From: Macrostomum lignano
Taxonomy: Eukaryota
Length of the DNA: 64,000 nt
Reading direction: 5' to 3'
Assembly (NCBI GenBank): GCA_002269645.1
Contig: NIVC01001606.1
Coordinates: 62,001 to 126,000 of the forward strand
Part shown: positions 1 to 11,826 of the stretch, one piece after another
Position numbering within the stretch: the first letter of the stretch is position 1
Layout: every line of letters starts with the position of its first letter
Made by a program: the position numbers and the translations under genes
Notes under the pieces: model-generated
Told to the model about the DNA's origin: nothing
The model's database searches: none
What the model saw: the letters and a program-made list of their open reading frames with translations, nothing else

Positions 1-411
1 GTTCCCTGTGTTGCAAATAATTTAATTCCATGCTATATTCTCACCTACAGTGACACTGACGCATCCCTGCTGTTAATGCCAAGTACCACAATGGCGGAAC
101 GTCTCAATGCAGAGTTGGAGAAGCTGGACAGCGAGTCTTCTCATGCCATCCTACAGTCAGGCACAGGACTTCATATTGAACGCGAAGTCGGTCGTGAGAT
201 CGAATTCATGCGGTCAACTGGCCAACTCGGCAAGCTGCTGCAGACAATGAACAGTGCCCTTCTGTCCATTCCTCCTACAAGCGTCGAGGCAGAGAGAGCT
301 TTTTCTGCTGCTGCTATCCTGATGAATCGGATCCGTTCGCGCTTGGCTGATGAGACGCTATCAAAATTGTGCATGCTTCGATCGTATTTTCAGAAGCAGT
401 CGACATCCTAA
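1..411 (+). CDS. hAT-family transposase, C-terminal dimerization domain (5'-truncated by window edge)
   Basis: ORF 76-411 contains LLSIPPTSVEAERAFSAA...RSRLADETLSKLCMLRSYF, the hAT dimerization motif (IP.TS...ER.FS...R.RL). The same frame is open back to base 1. Confidence 0.85.
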   Translation, partial: VPCVANNLIPCYILTYSDTDASLLLMPSTTMAERLNAELEKLDSESSHAILQSGTGLHIEREVGREIEFMRSTGQLGKLLQTMNSALLSIPPTSVEAERAFSAAAILMNRIRSRLADETLSKLCMLRSYFQKQSTS

Positions 412-1042
412 ACTGACTTGTCACATTGGACTCAATGGGATGATAGAAATCGCGCTACTGGATTTTGCGCGACCTTGCTTTCGCGCATCCTGTTCGTGCA
501 TAATCCAGTCGCACGAAAGCCAGGTCTCGCGAAATCCAGTAGCGCGATTTCTATCATCCCGACTCCATGAATGGCAACAATGCTATAAGTAGTATTTTCT
601 TACACTACTGTAAGTAAAAATTGCAGTATCATTAATTAACCAAATAATTTCGAAATAAATTGCATGCGGAAGAGCCCCCCCCCCCCGGGCTGACCCGCTG
701 GGCCGTTCGGCCGAAATCGTTCGACAACAAGTAGTATTTTCTTCTGTCAAGGTCAAGCCTTTAGCACGGACTGCAATTATTTGTATGATTTTGCACTTCT
801 CTTTTGTTGCAGGCTCTGAGTTCTCAGCTAACCAGAACTTGAAATTTTGTTTTTAAGTCATTCGGACTCGGACCTCGGGTCGGGATCCCGGGATCCCGGG
901 ATTTCTGAAACTTTTAAACGGGATCCCGGGATTTCAAAAGCACCGGGATTCCGGGATTTTGAATCCCGGGATTTCAACAGCATCGGGATTTCGGGACTAT
1001 TCAATCCCGGGATTGTAAAATGTCGGGATTTTGGAATCCCTA
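1..1042 (+). mobile_element. Right end of a hAT DNA transposon (subterminal CGGGAT repeats and terminal inverted repeat)
   Basis: After the transposase, 880-1040 holds many CGGGAT/ATCCCG motifs in both orientations. It ends ...gggattttggaatcccta at 1042 (reverse complement TAGGGATTCC..., a hAT-like terminus). The left end is outside the window. Confidence 0.65.
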
Positions 1043-1049
1043 CTCGGCG

Positions 1050-1260
1050 CCCTGCTGCCATCGGTGCCTGCCTCGCGCCCCTGCCACTTTTGGCACCTGC
1101 CTTGCACCCCTGCCACCTTTGGCGCCCGCCTCGCACCCCTGCCGCCTTTGGCACCCGCCTCGCGCCCCTGCGGTCTTTGGTGCCCGCTCCTCAGCAGCTC
1201 CATGGTCTTTGGCGCTTAGCTTTCGGCGCCTACTCCTTGGCACTCTCGCGGCCTTGGCTA
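1050..1260. repeat. Degenerate ~30-bp GC-rich tandem repeat
   Basis: Recurrent cctgccacctttggc(a/g)cccgcctcgc(g/a)cc units; these explain the several spurious overlapping ORFs here. Confidence 0.6.
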
Positions 1261-3249
1261 CCACCCGATGTTCGGGGCCTAGCTCGGTGCTGGGGGGAGC
1301 TGTGTGGTGGCCAGACTACGCGACCGGCAGCACCAGTGCAGCCGCACTGGAAACCCCCCCACCTCTGTCTAGCTGAGGCGGGGTAGGTGCACGCCAAGCT
1401 AGCCGGCTTGCTAAGCCGGGGGGTTGGCATAGCCAATCACGCCACGCCACCTTTTCACACCTCCCTTGGCCCCTCAATCTTGCATTGTTTGTTATAATCA
1501 TATAAATACATGCGCAACGCAGTGCAGAATCTTCGCTGCCATTCCATCTATTGAACTAATTAAGGCCTTCCACCTCAAATCTAAATTAATCACCTAGTTT
1601 CTTAAAATTCTTCCCTCGCCACACACCTTGACCTTTAACCCTTTTTATGGTTTATAAAGCTACAAAAAGTAAATCATTACAATAAAAATTTAAAAATTTT
1701 AAACATAAACCATTTTAGTTTATGTTGATTCTAGAATAGTCAGTTTCAAAGGTGATATAAACAAGCAGTTTTTGAAATTGCATTTTTTATTTTAATATTG
1801 CATTTTGGCAACAGTGAATAATTACTATATCTATAACAAATTACTTGAACATTTGATGTAGTGTACCTCATTTTTTTATATAGAAAACCTTCCAGTAGGC
1901 CTATACATATTAATTACAAAAACTTTTCTTAGAAAATACTGTATTTGAATTTATGAAAAAAAGAAATTAGTATAGTTTTTGTTTAAATGTTGTGGATGCA
2001 CCTCTGTAATCAAGATTGGATATATTTAAATATATTGTGCAAAGAGTATAAATAGATACCTAGAGCGGGCCAAGAAGAGCAACCTTGCCTTCAAGCAACT
2101 CAAGCAAACTTGAACATACAAACAATTAAAATCTTTAAGCAATTGTTCAAATCGGCTTATTTAATTTCTTGAGCACTAAGAAACCTCAAAATTGGGAGAA
2201 TTGAAAACCGCTGAAAGTGAGAATTACTTAGTAGTCTAAGGAGGACTGCCTTAGAGCAGTAAATCGCCTTAGAGGGCAGAACACTTACCAAATGGTATAT
2301 AATCCAGACTCAGAGTCCAAGAAATCCACCTAGGGCAGAATACCCAGCAAGTAGACTGTGACCCTCTGATCTAGGGAATGCTTGGACTAAGAAAAAAAAC
2401 CTCTATAAGAATAAGAATAAAGTAGGCAATGCAATTAGACTGCTCAGGCTAGAGGTACAATACCTATACAAATGCTACCAATAGACAAGACAAATAGATG
2501 CTACCAACATAGAAATAGATAAAGAAGTAGTCACGCTACCAACAAGTAAAAGTATATGCAAAAGTACATTAAGACTAAGTGAGCTTGATAAAATAGTCAC
2601 CCCTATTACAACTTGGTAAGAATAGGTCTAAATAATAAATAGAAGAGAAAGCCTTAGGAAAGCTTTTGGCTGCAATAGTAGGATAGTTACAGTGAGAACA
2701 AGCAGCCCTACAACAACTTTTGGTGACTAAGGGGTGGGATATCAAGAATATAAGAAGCCTTACGATACATTTAGCAAAAACTAAGGGCCTATGCTATGCT
2801 TTATATAAATGAATGATTGATGACTTGATAACTCTATTAGGCCTAGATTAGAATAAATGTAGAAAACCTACAGATATATACTATTTACAGAGTCTAAAAC
2901 TAATAGCTCAAAAATGTGATATGACATAGAACATGTTAACTTTTGCATTGAATACAAGTATAGGCCTAGCAGCAATTAGGCCTAGAATTTAGATAATGAG
3001 GCATTTAGCGGCCTAGCCTTAGGCCGCCCTAATAAGACAGTCATAGTGGCATTCCTTCAGTTTACGATCATTTTTCCACCCACATTTCACATTTCGGTTC
3101 ACAATCCCCATGTAATTTTTCATATAAATGATCATAGCTTGCTTGAAATAAACAAAAATTGTTAAACTGAGCATATTCATTACATTAAAAAAACTGAATG
3201 GAACAGCCGACAAATGGTTTCTTTCATGGCATGGCAATGACGAAGATCC

Positions 3250-3798
3250 TATATATCCACTTCAGTTTACGATCATTTAAATGGAAGCAATACATGTAAA
3301 TGATCGTGAACCGAAGCTAGCATATGTGTGTAAGGGGGTTTTGGTGTTTTACAAGCTCTATCTGAAATCGATCACTATCTCAATACATGGCTAGCTTTGG
3401 TTCATGATCATTTACATGTATTTCTTGTATTTAAATGATCGTGTACCAAAGCTAAGAGGGGGGTGTCAAAGACATATGTAGGACTTCATATAATAATTGG
3501 TAGCTTGTTGGCAATTGAAATGTCATCTTGAGTTAACGTGCGCTCCCAAGTAACTTGATGTTTTATTATTCTCTGCATGCTGCCACCCCCCCTCAGCTTC
3601 GGTTTACAATCATTTAGATGTAAGCAATACATGTCAATGATTGTGAACCAAAGCTAGCCATGTATTGAGATAGTGATCGATTTCAGATAGAGCTTGTAAA
3701 ACACCAAAACCCCTTTACACACATACGCTAGCTTCGGTTCACGATCATTTACATGTATCTCTTCCATTTAAATGATCGTAAACCGAAGTGGATATATA
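3250..3798. mobile_element. Foldback/MITE-like element with ~215-bp inverted arms
   Basis: 3250-3465 (tatatatccacttcagtttacgatc...aagctaagaggggggtg) is the near reverse complement of 3584-3798 (cacccccc...cttcggtt...gaagtggatatata). Spacer ~120 bp; both ends in TATA (TA-target-like). Confidence 0.8.
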
Positions 3799-5415
3799 CT
3801 ATATAGGTTATCTTTAGATTCTTGGAACTGTGAAATGGATCACTATAACCCTTTTACCTTCTTTTTTCATTTGAACATGCAACTAGTGTTATGATGGATA
3901 AATAAAAAGGATTGGAGTGCTTGTCTACACTGTTTTTTTTGCATTTTGATGAAATAAACAACAATTTTGTATCTTCCCTATCTCTCCAATGGGGATTGTC
4001 ACTAATTTCAATGATTGTAAACTGAAGGAATGCCGTCATAGATATCCCTGACATTTACCCAAAACTGTTCTATTGTTGCAAGACCATCTGCCTTGACTTC
4101 AGCTATAAATTTGACACTAGAAAATTCTAAAGTTGCATTAGACAGTTGAGTTGGACAATTTTTTACTTTTGTCTATTTTTTTATTCTAACACTGTAACAG
4201 GGCTTGATAAATGTCAAAATTATAATTTATTTTTCTTTGTATTTTATTTAAAAGATAAAATAGATCATGACCTATTGTAGCAGCCACAAATATATTTTTT
4301 TTATAATTAGGCCCTATGCTAGGCCTATAGCTAAATAAATTTAAGGCAATCTTTTGGTTTGTTTTGCATTATTATTTTCAAGTTTGAATTTTTGCTAAAA
4401 GTTAAAACATAGTGCCATTGTAGAAAAGGATATCTGAGGCCAAAGGATGGTAGATAGAATCTGAAAATACTCTAGGCCAGGGCCTAGCTCTATCTAGTAT
4501 CTACTATCGCTACTTTTATTGCCCAGTAGATCTGTTCTATTGATCTATCTACGACTACCACTCTAGCTACTGCTCTAGCCTATTTATTACTTTCAACTGC
4601 TCTATCTAATGCTCAGAGCCATTAGCCTATACAAAAGTCTACACCATAACAGGCATTTTAGTCAGTCTAATCATAATTTCATTTGCTGTACTAACGATTA
4701 GACGGTCGTCGTCAATAGAGTGCAGTCCGTCCGAACCGGAAAGTGTGTAGCTCAAACCAGTTTTTGCTTTGCATTAAAACAAATATTTCATTGAGGCTTT
4801 CTTTTACAGAAAGTTCTATGTAAAGTATTTTTATATTTAAACGGTCAAGCAGCTTTTGTAGTTTGTTTTAAAAAATCTACGATCCTTTTTAATACACAAT
4901 TATTTGTTTTTCTCAGATGCAAAACTGCGTTGGTCAAAGTTGGCCGGGTGGACTTTTGCTGCAATTTTTGTAACACTTACATTTCTTTAATAGGCCTTTC
5001 CCCGTACTCTGTTCTAAATAGTTTGATATCCAATCATTCACAATTACTGTGAAGATACAAAAAATATGTAAATTCATGCATTATAAGCTTTTATTTTTAT
5101 TACGAATCATGATAGTAAAAATCATGATATAACTATTTTATTTGTTGATATTAATTTTAGGAAAAAATGTTTAGGAAATACATGTACCACGTAAACATGG
5201 TAATCTATGTAGTCCTATGGACTTTCATAAAAAAATTCAATACATGCGCACACTCGTACATGTACCAGGATAAACAGGAATATAAACTTAAAATATTGAC
5301 ATGTAATTATAAGTGTCCCTTGACGGATTTTTTTGCAGACTGCCGTACGGTTACGCATTTCATCAACCGAAACATGCATGCACATTCATGTTCAGCTAGC
5401 AAAATTATACCAAGC

Positions 5416-6983
5416 TCAGGCGCACAAGTCACTGCTCGCGGTCCCTAACAGTTCAATTTTTACTCTTCCACCGCTAGTCTGCACGTTGGAACTGACAGTA
5501 ACGCCTTTGGCTTCTAGGGCCGCGAAGTTGCTACCCGCGCTGCCAGATCCGCCGGAACTTGTGCCTCCGCGACCGCCAGCAAAGCCGCCGCCACCTCCGC
5601 CACCGCCAGAATTTCCGTTCCCATCTCCTGCGCCGCCGCCGCCGCCAAATCCACCGACTCCCGTAGCGCTTGAAGCTCCGCCAGCCCATCCGTTAGCGCG
5701 ACCGGAACTGCCGCCGAAGCCCTGCTTTGTCGACGCGTCGCAGTCCGCGCCGGATCCGCTCCAACCGGCGCCGCCACCGCCGCACGACGGAATGGAAGAG
5801 GCCCCGCCTCCAGTTCCGGCTCCGCTGCGCGAGAACGACAATCCGGCACTGTTGCCTGAACTGCCAGCTCCGGCGCCGCCACCGCCCCCAGCAACCAGCA
5901 GCAGCTTCCAATCGGCTGCGTCGTTGCCGGTGTTGTTCCGACGGAAATATACAAATGTGCCGCCGCCGCCTCCGCCGCCGCAGTTGTTGCTGGTTCCGGC
6001 CTGGCCGAGAACCAGAGTTAGTTGCGTCAATAAACCGTTAGCAGCTGGTAGAGCAAATCTGGCGCTAATGATGGCGCCGCGACCGCCGGCGCCGCCATCA
6101 GCTGATCCGCCCTTAGCGCCCCAAGCTGTTATTGAGAAGCAGCCGGACGAGCTTGTCAGCGAGAAATGCTGCAGATAGCCGAACCGACCAGTGGAGGTGG
6201 CTGCATTGTTGGCTGCATTGAAAGCATCACATTTTGTAAATACTCTATTTCTCAATAACAAATTTGTTTAAGTATATATTCTTTGCAACATTCCGACCAG
6301 TTTCCGATGTACCCGATGTCTATATGAACGACATAGACGAATGGGTATTTTTAAATTATGCCAAACACGTTGGCTAAACGTCGGTGTAGTGTAAATATCC
6401 CCATTTAGCTAGCGACGTCCGATACTAATCGAAAAAAACATTGGTCATCGTCAATGTCGTGTTGCTTTACGGGCAAATAATAATTATTATTCTAAGATTT
6501 AGAGAGTAACAATTTAAATTCTAAATAAGAGGAATCTCACGAACCCGAATAGATCATCGGACTGGCCAACAGAGCGTCACACGACAGGCGATCGTCGAGC
6601 ACTTGAGTGAGGCATTCACCGTTAGAATAGTTGTTGTTGTAGCTCCACTGATTAGCCAGGTCGCAGGAGGAGCCGAGCAGACAGTCACCGGGCGAGCTGG
6701 AACCCTGCTCCGATCCTGGAACTAGCTGGAACACCGAACACCGCAGCGAGCCCGCAGCGGCGCACTCCACAGCGCACACTCGAACGTCGGCAATGCCGGA
6801 GATTCGACGAAAGGTCGCGTTAGTGGAGTTTGCAGCGGGCGGGACTGCCGCGACTGCTGCTGGCGTTGAATTCTTTAGGCAAAGATTGGACTCCTTGACG
6901 AAGGTGACGGCAAGACAGTCAGCTGGATGGCTGTAGACGAACAGCAGCAGCAGAAAAGTGAGAACTTCGATTTTAGTTTTCAT
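5416..6983 (-). CDS. Secreted protein: signal peptide + PAN/Apple-like domain + ALK/LTK-type glycine-rich domain (~423 aa, 2 exons)
   Basis: Exon 1 6983-6541: MKTKIEVLTFLLLLFVYSHPADC signal; CAVECAAAGSLRCSVFQLV...CLL PAN-like Cys pattern; donor TC|gtgag. Exon 2 6244-5416: acceptor aatag|A, phase 2 matches; ITAWGAKGG..GGRGAIISARF..LVLGQAG..GGGGGGGTFV..LLLVAGGGGGAG..GGFGGGG..GGRVKIELL is the ALK/LTK Gly-rich signature. Confidence 0.85.
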
Positions 6984-7605
6984 TTTTGCAATTTAGATGA
7001 GGCTATTCAGCTCTTCATGTGTGGGATTCAAATCTTAACTTTTTTCCTCAGGAACTGTATCTCTGTAATCTGATTGGCCAAACCGGTACAGCAGCTCCCA
7101 AGAAAATAGCAAGAAGTTATTTTTAGTAGTTTAGTTAGTAGTAATTGCAAAACTTGGCAAATAGTGCTCGTTGTTAGGCAATGGGTCGAATATTTGAATA
7201 TGACAAATTATCTGATCTGGAGCTCCAACACAATAAGCAGGATGTTACAATGGATTCGCACGTGAAACTCCCAAAAACCGAACCGATGCCCCTATATACT
7301 TTTCAGATACTCGTAAAAATTCCATGTAACATTCATTAAAAGCTATAGAATCAAAAATGCATTCAAGAAATTTAAGTGCAAAGCCTGTAAACCTCCGAAA
7401 GAATGCGTACTTCAAAGTGCACTAAATTGAAGTAGGTTATTGTACGTCTAAAATCAATTGATTCTATGAGTATGCCAAAAGCTCAAAGATCAAAAAGTGC
7501 AAAAATCGTTGCATTGAGAAGTTTGAATCAGAAATTTGCTCAAATAAACTAATTCTTGTTCTTCACACTCCAGCTTGTTTTCTACCTGTCGGATTTTTTC
7601 ATCAG

Positions 7606-8040
7606 TGTTGTGTGACCCCGGATCCATGCCCTCCAACCCGCCTACCTGCACATAACATCCACCTGCACCAAGACCATCCTCAGCCGCTCGGCCAAGTTGT
7701 GAAGGACCTGCAGACAGCCTGGTGCATCCAAAGGCACCTAGCCATGAGCGGCTCAAACAAGGTGATTCAAGAACAGCCGCCTCACATCGACCGATGGGAA
7801 CTGCCCCTTCCTACATGTAGGGCTCAGCGTGTCCTGCTGTCTCAACTCCGATCTGGCCACTGCAGGCTCCTTTCCTCTTACCAGCACAAAATTGACAGCA
7901 GCGCCTAGCCCACCTGCCCTCGCTGCAACCGCTCCGAAGACTAAGAAACCATCTGTTCGACTGCCCATCCGCACCCACGTCGCTGGTGGCTCAGGACCCT
8001 TTAGGGCAAACTCGAAGCCGCTGTGTACATTCCTGTGAGT
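7606..8040 (+). mobile_element. Degenerate 3' fragment of a non-LTR retrotransposon ORF2 (C-terminal CCHC zinc-knuckle region)
   Basis: RAQRVLLSQLRSGHCRLLSSYQHKIDSSA*PTCPRCNRSED..NHLFDCPSAPT matches the LINE C-terminal QLRSGH...CPRC...HLF.CP motif. Interrupted by a stop (7906-7908) and a frameshift. Confidence 0.7.
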
Positions 8041-8651
8041 ACTCGTATTGATATGCTATATTCTTGTTTACCAGCTGTAAAGTTCCAGCTCACATAGTCG
8101 CGTACTGCTTACGAAGCCCCTAGCTTCATCTAAAAGAAGATTAACAGCAAAAAACGTTATTAAAACCTCCGATTGCATTACAGAAAGCATTTTAGATCAA
8201 CTAAAGAAAGAAAAAAATCTGCAGTTGTCTTCATTTCCGCGCAAGTTGCTCAAGAAAAGATGCTGGAGACAAAGGATTCGTTGACTTCCGTCCCGTTCCT
8301 TATAGCCGACCCTGTAACCCATGCGCCCCACAGAAAACACCAAGGTGGATGCTGTCTTTGCAAACAGTTAGACAAAACACAATGGAAAACTGCAGGAAAT
8401 CCTTTATCCTGTATTCTGCTATGCCTTCTGCGCATCACTGTCAGGGATGAGCGAGGCATCAAGTTTCCTGGAGACTGACTCTCACGATGTCGCGATGGGC
8501 GAATCGAACACAGTTTCTTTGTTATAAATACCTTGCTGTTTATAATCGTCCTAATATGGTTTTTTTGCTCCTAAAAAAGATTTTTAATTCACAAGTTAAA
8601 TAGTTTCGAAAGTTTAAGCAGAGTTCGGCTGCTGTATTTTAATAGCTAGAA

Positions 8652-8890
8652 GCAGGGCCTGTGTGCACCATGGCGCATTTTAATTAAGCGACATTGTCAC
8701 ACAACGGGCGAGAGGCATTGCTGCCCATTCCGCAGACTCCCCTAAGCATGACAGGCACACAAGCGCGCGGATACGTACGCAGTCATACGCACAGGCACAC
8801 ACTCACACAGGAGTGTAAGGGGCCCTATAACTTTATTTATCGTTAGAAATGTACACTTCACTGTGCCTTAGGGGTTGGCGCGAGTAGGGA
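8652..8890 (-). mobile_element. Copy of a dispersed SINE-like repeat lacking the tRNA head (same family as 38956-39275)
   Basis: Shares ctgtgtgcacc(a/c)tggcgca..taagcgacattgtcacaca..gcggatacgtacgc..agtcatacgcacaggcacacactcacac..ggcccta..tttatttatcgt..atgtacacttcactgtgccttaggg with the copy at 38956-39180. Confidence 0.75.
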
Positions 8891-9884
8891 GTCGAGTTCT
8901 TAATAAGCTTCAGAAGACAGACCCTTACCCGCTTTAGTCCAATTAACTATAAAAATTTATTAAAGATACATTTTTTTCTACTTTAAGTAGTATCGTACCG
9001 CCCCTAAAGCTTCATAATTTAAAAAAAGCATTGCAATGCTTAATTGTAACTGCTATTACAGTACTTGCGAGCGTTAAAGTTAGAGGTACATTGTCTAAAT
9101 TCTGATAGAAAGTGATAATCGGTTTGATATTTTACTTCGAGTGATGTTAGGGACGATATATTATAAATTTATGCACATTAGTTGCATGTTGTTGCTTAGC
9201 TGTTGTTGGTGAAAATTGAGTTTATAACTTGCGTCCTTCTATGTACTTTATAGTTGTCAATGAGCTTCACTTGTTTTACAGTAGGAGCCAGTAGGATTTA
9301 AGAGCAAACGACAGGTGAACACACAAATCAAATTCTAAATTGGAGCAGAGCTGCATTGTCAACAGCCTACTCCAGCTCTGCATGGGTTGTCAAGCGGTTT
9401 GCTCTGGTTGTCAGGCGGAAGTCGTAGTCTCTGAAAAGCGAGAATTAAAATCAGTTTTACAGCTTATAAAACGAATTTTTACATTCATTAAAGTTGGCAA
9501 AGCCGGGGGGATTTTACGACCTGGGCTGGTTGCTATGGTGAGTTTTGATTAAGAAGACAAACTGTGTCGACTGCAAACAATGGGCGTTTCCTTACTGTGT
9601 TATATGAGTTTGCGAACCCAGATCACACAATTGGGGCCATAAATCAATTCATTTGGCTTTCTATACTGGCAATAAACATTATAGTTGCTCAAAAATTAGA
9701 ATGAAGAGTCTATTGTCGGGTGTTTGCAGGGTTTTAAAAAATATATTCAGGTTTTAGCAGACCGCTCAGAAAGGACCAAATTTTTTATTGCATTGAGTTT
9801 TTGATGCTTCTTAGAAGCCTATTATAATATTGCTGTCTAAGTCTTATTCTAATCTCACTGCAATTCCATTCCATTCTCATCCAA

Positions 9885-10260
9885 ATCTCACCCCATTCTT
9901 ACCATAAACTCACCCACACTCACCTTAATCTCACCCCAAGCTCACCCTAATCTCACCCCAAGCTCACTTTAATCTCACCCCAAGCTCACCCTAATCTCAC
10001 CCCAAGCTCACTTTAATCTTACCAAGCTCACCCTAATCTCACCAAACCTCACCCTAATCTCACCCCAAGCTCACCCTAATCTCACCCCAAGCTCACCCTA
10101 ATCTCACCTCAATCTCACTTCCGTCTCCCTCTATTCTCATCCCAATCTCCACCTGATATCACTTTGATCTCACCTGAATCTCATCCCAATCTCACCATAA
10201 TTCCATTTCCATCTCATTCCAATATTATTCTACTTTTATATCCCAACTATAACTCTAATT
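9885..10260. repeat. Degenerate CTCACC/CTAAT-type tandem repeat (~22 bp)
   Basis: Recurrent aatctcaccccaagctcaccct units; a related degenerate tract lies at 12420-12800. Confidence 0.6.
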
Positions 10261-10536
10261 CAATTTCAACCTCACCCAAACCTTATTTCTAAGTCTTCTA
10301 CAGTGCAAACCAATGCAAGGTAAGCAAGGAAACAAAAAGTGACGCTAACGCTCAGTCCGTGACGGTGCATCTGGTTGCTGCTGGGCTGCTTGCAACTCGC
10401 TGCTCTGCTGCTCATTCGGGCTCCCACCTGCGGCGTTGCCAGACTCGCCATTGGCTTCGGGAGCGGCTGATGGGTTGCCTTCCACTTGCTGCTGGCTTTC
10501 GGGTGCCGCGGAGTTGGCGGCTGCACCTGCGGCTGG

Positions 10537-11822
<1,286 letters not shown>

Positions 11823-11826
11823 TCAG

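Noticed and set aside
2040-2800. Decayed coding-like segment as a nameable pseudogene
   Set aside because: Too many stops and no recognisable motif; only used as part of the compositional observation.
5333-6178. 281-aa Pro-rich ORF on + strand
   Set aside because: Antisense shadow of the Gly-rich exon (GGN read as NCC).
10303-10526. Candidate signal-peptide exon(s) of the SRCR-ZP gene
   Set aside because: The hydrophobic frame (CIWLLLGCLQLAALLL..; WVAFHLLLAFG..WEG|) contains an in-frame TGA and lacks an in-frame ATG; other frames do not match the next exon's phase. Left unresolved.
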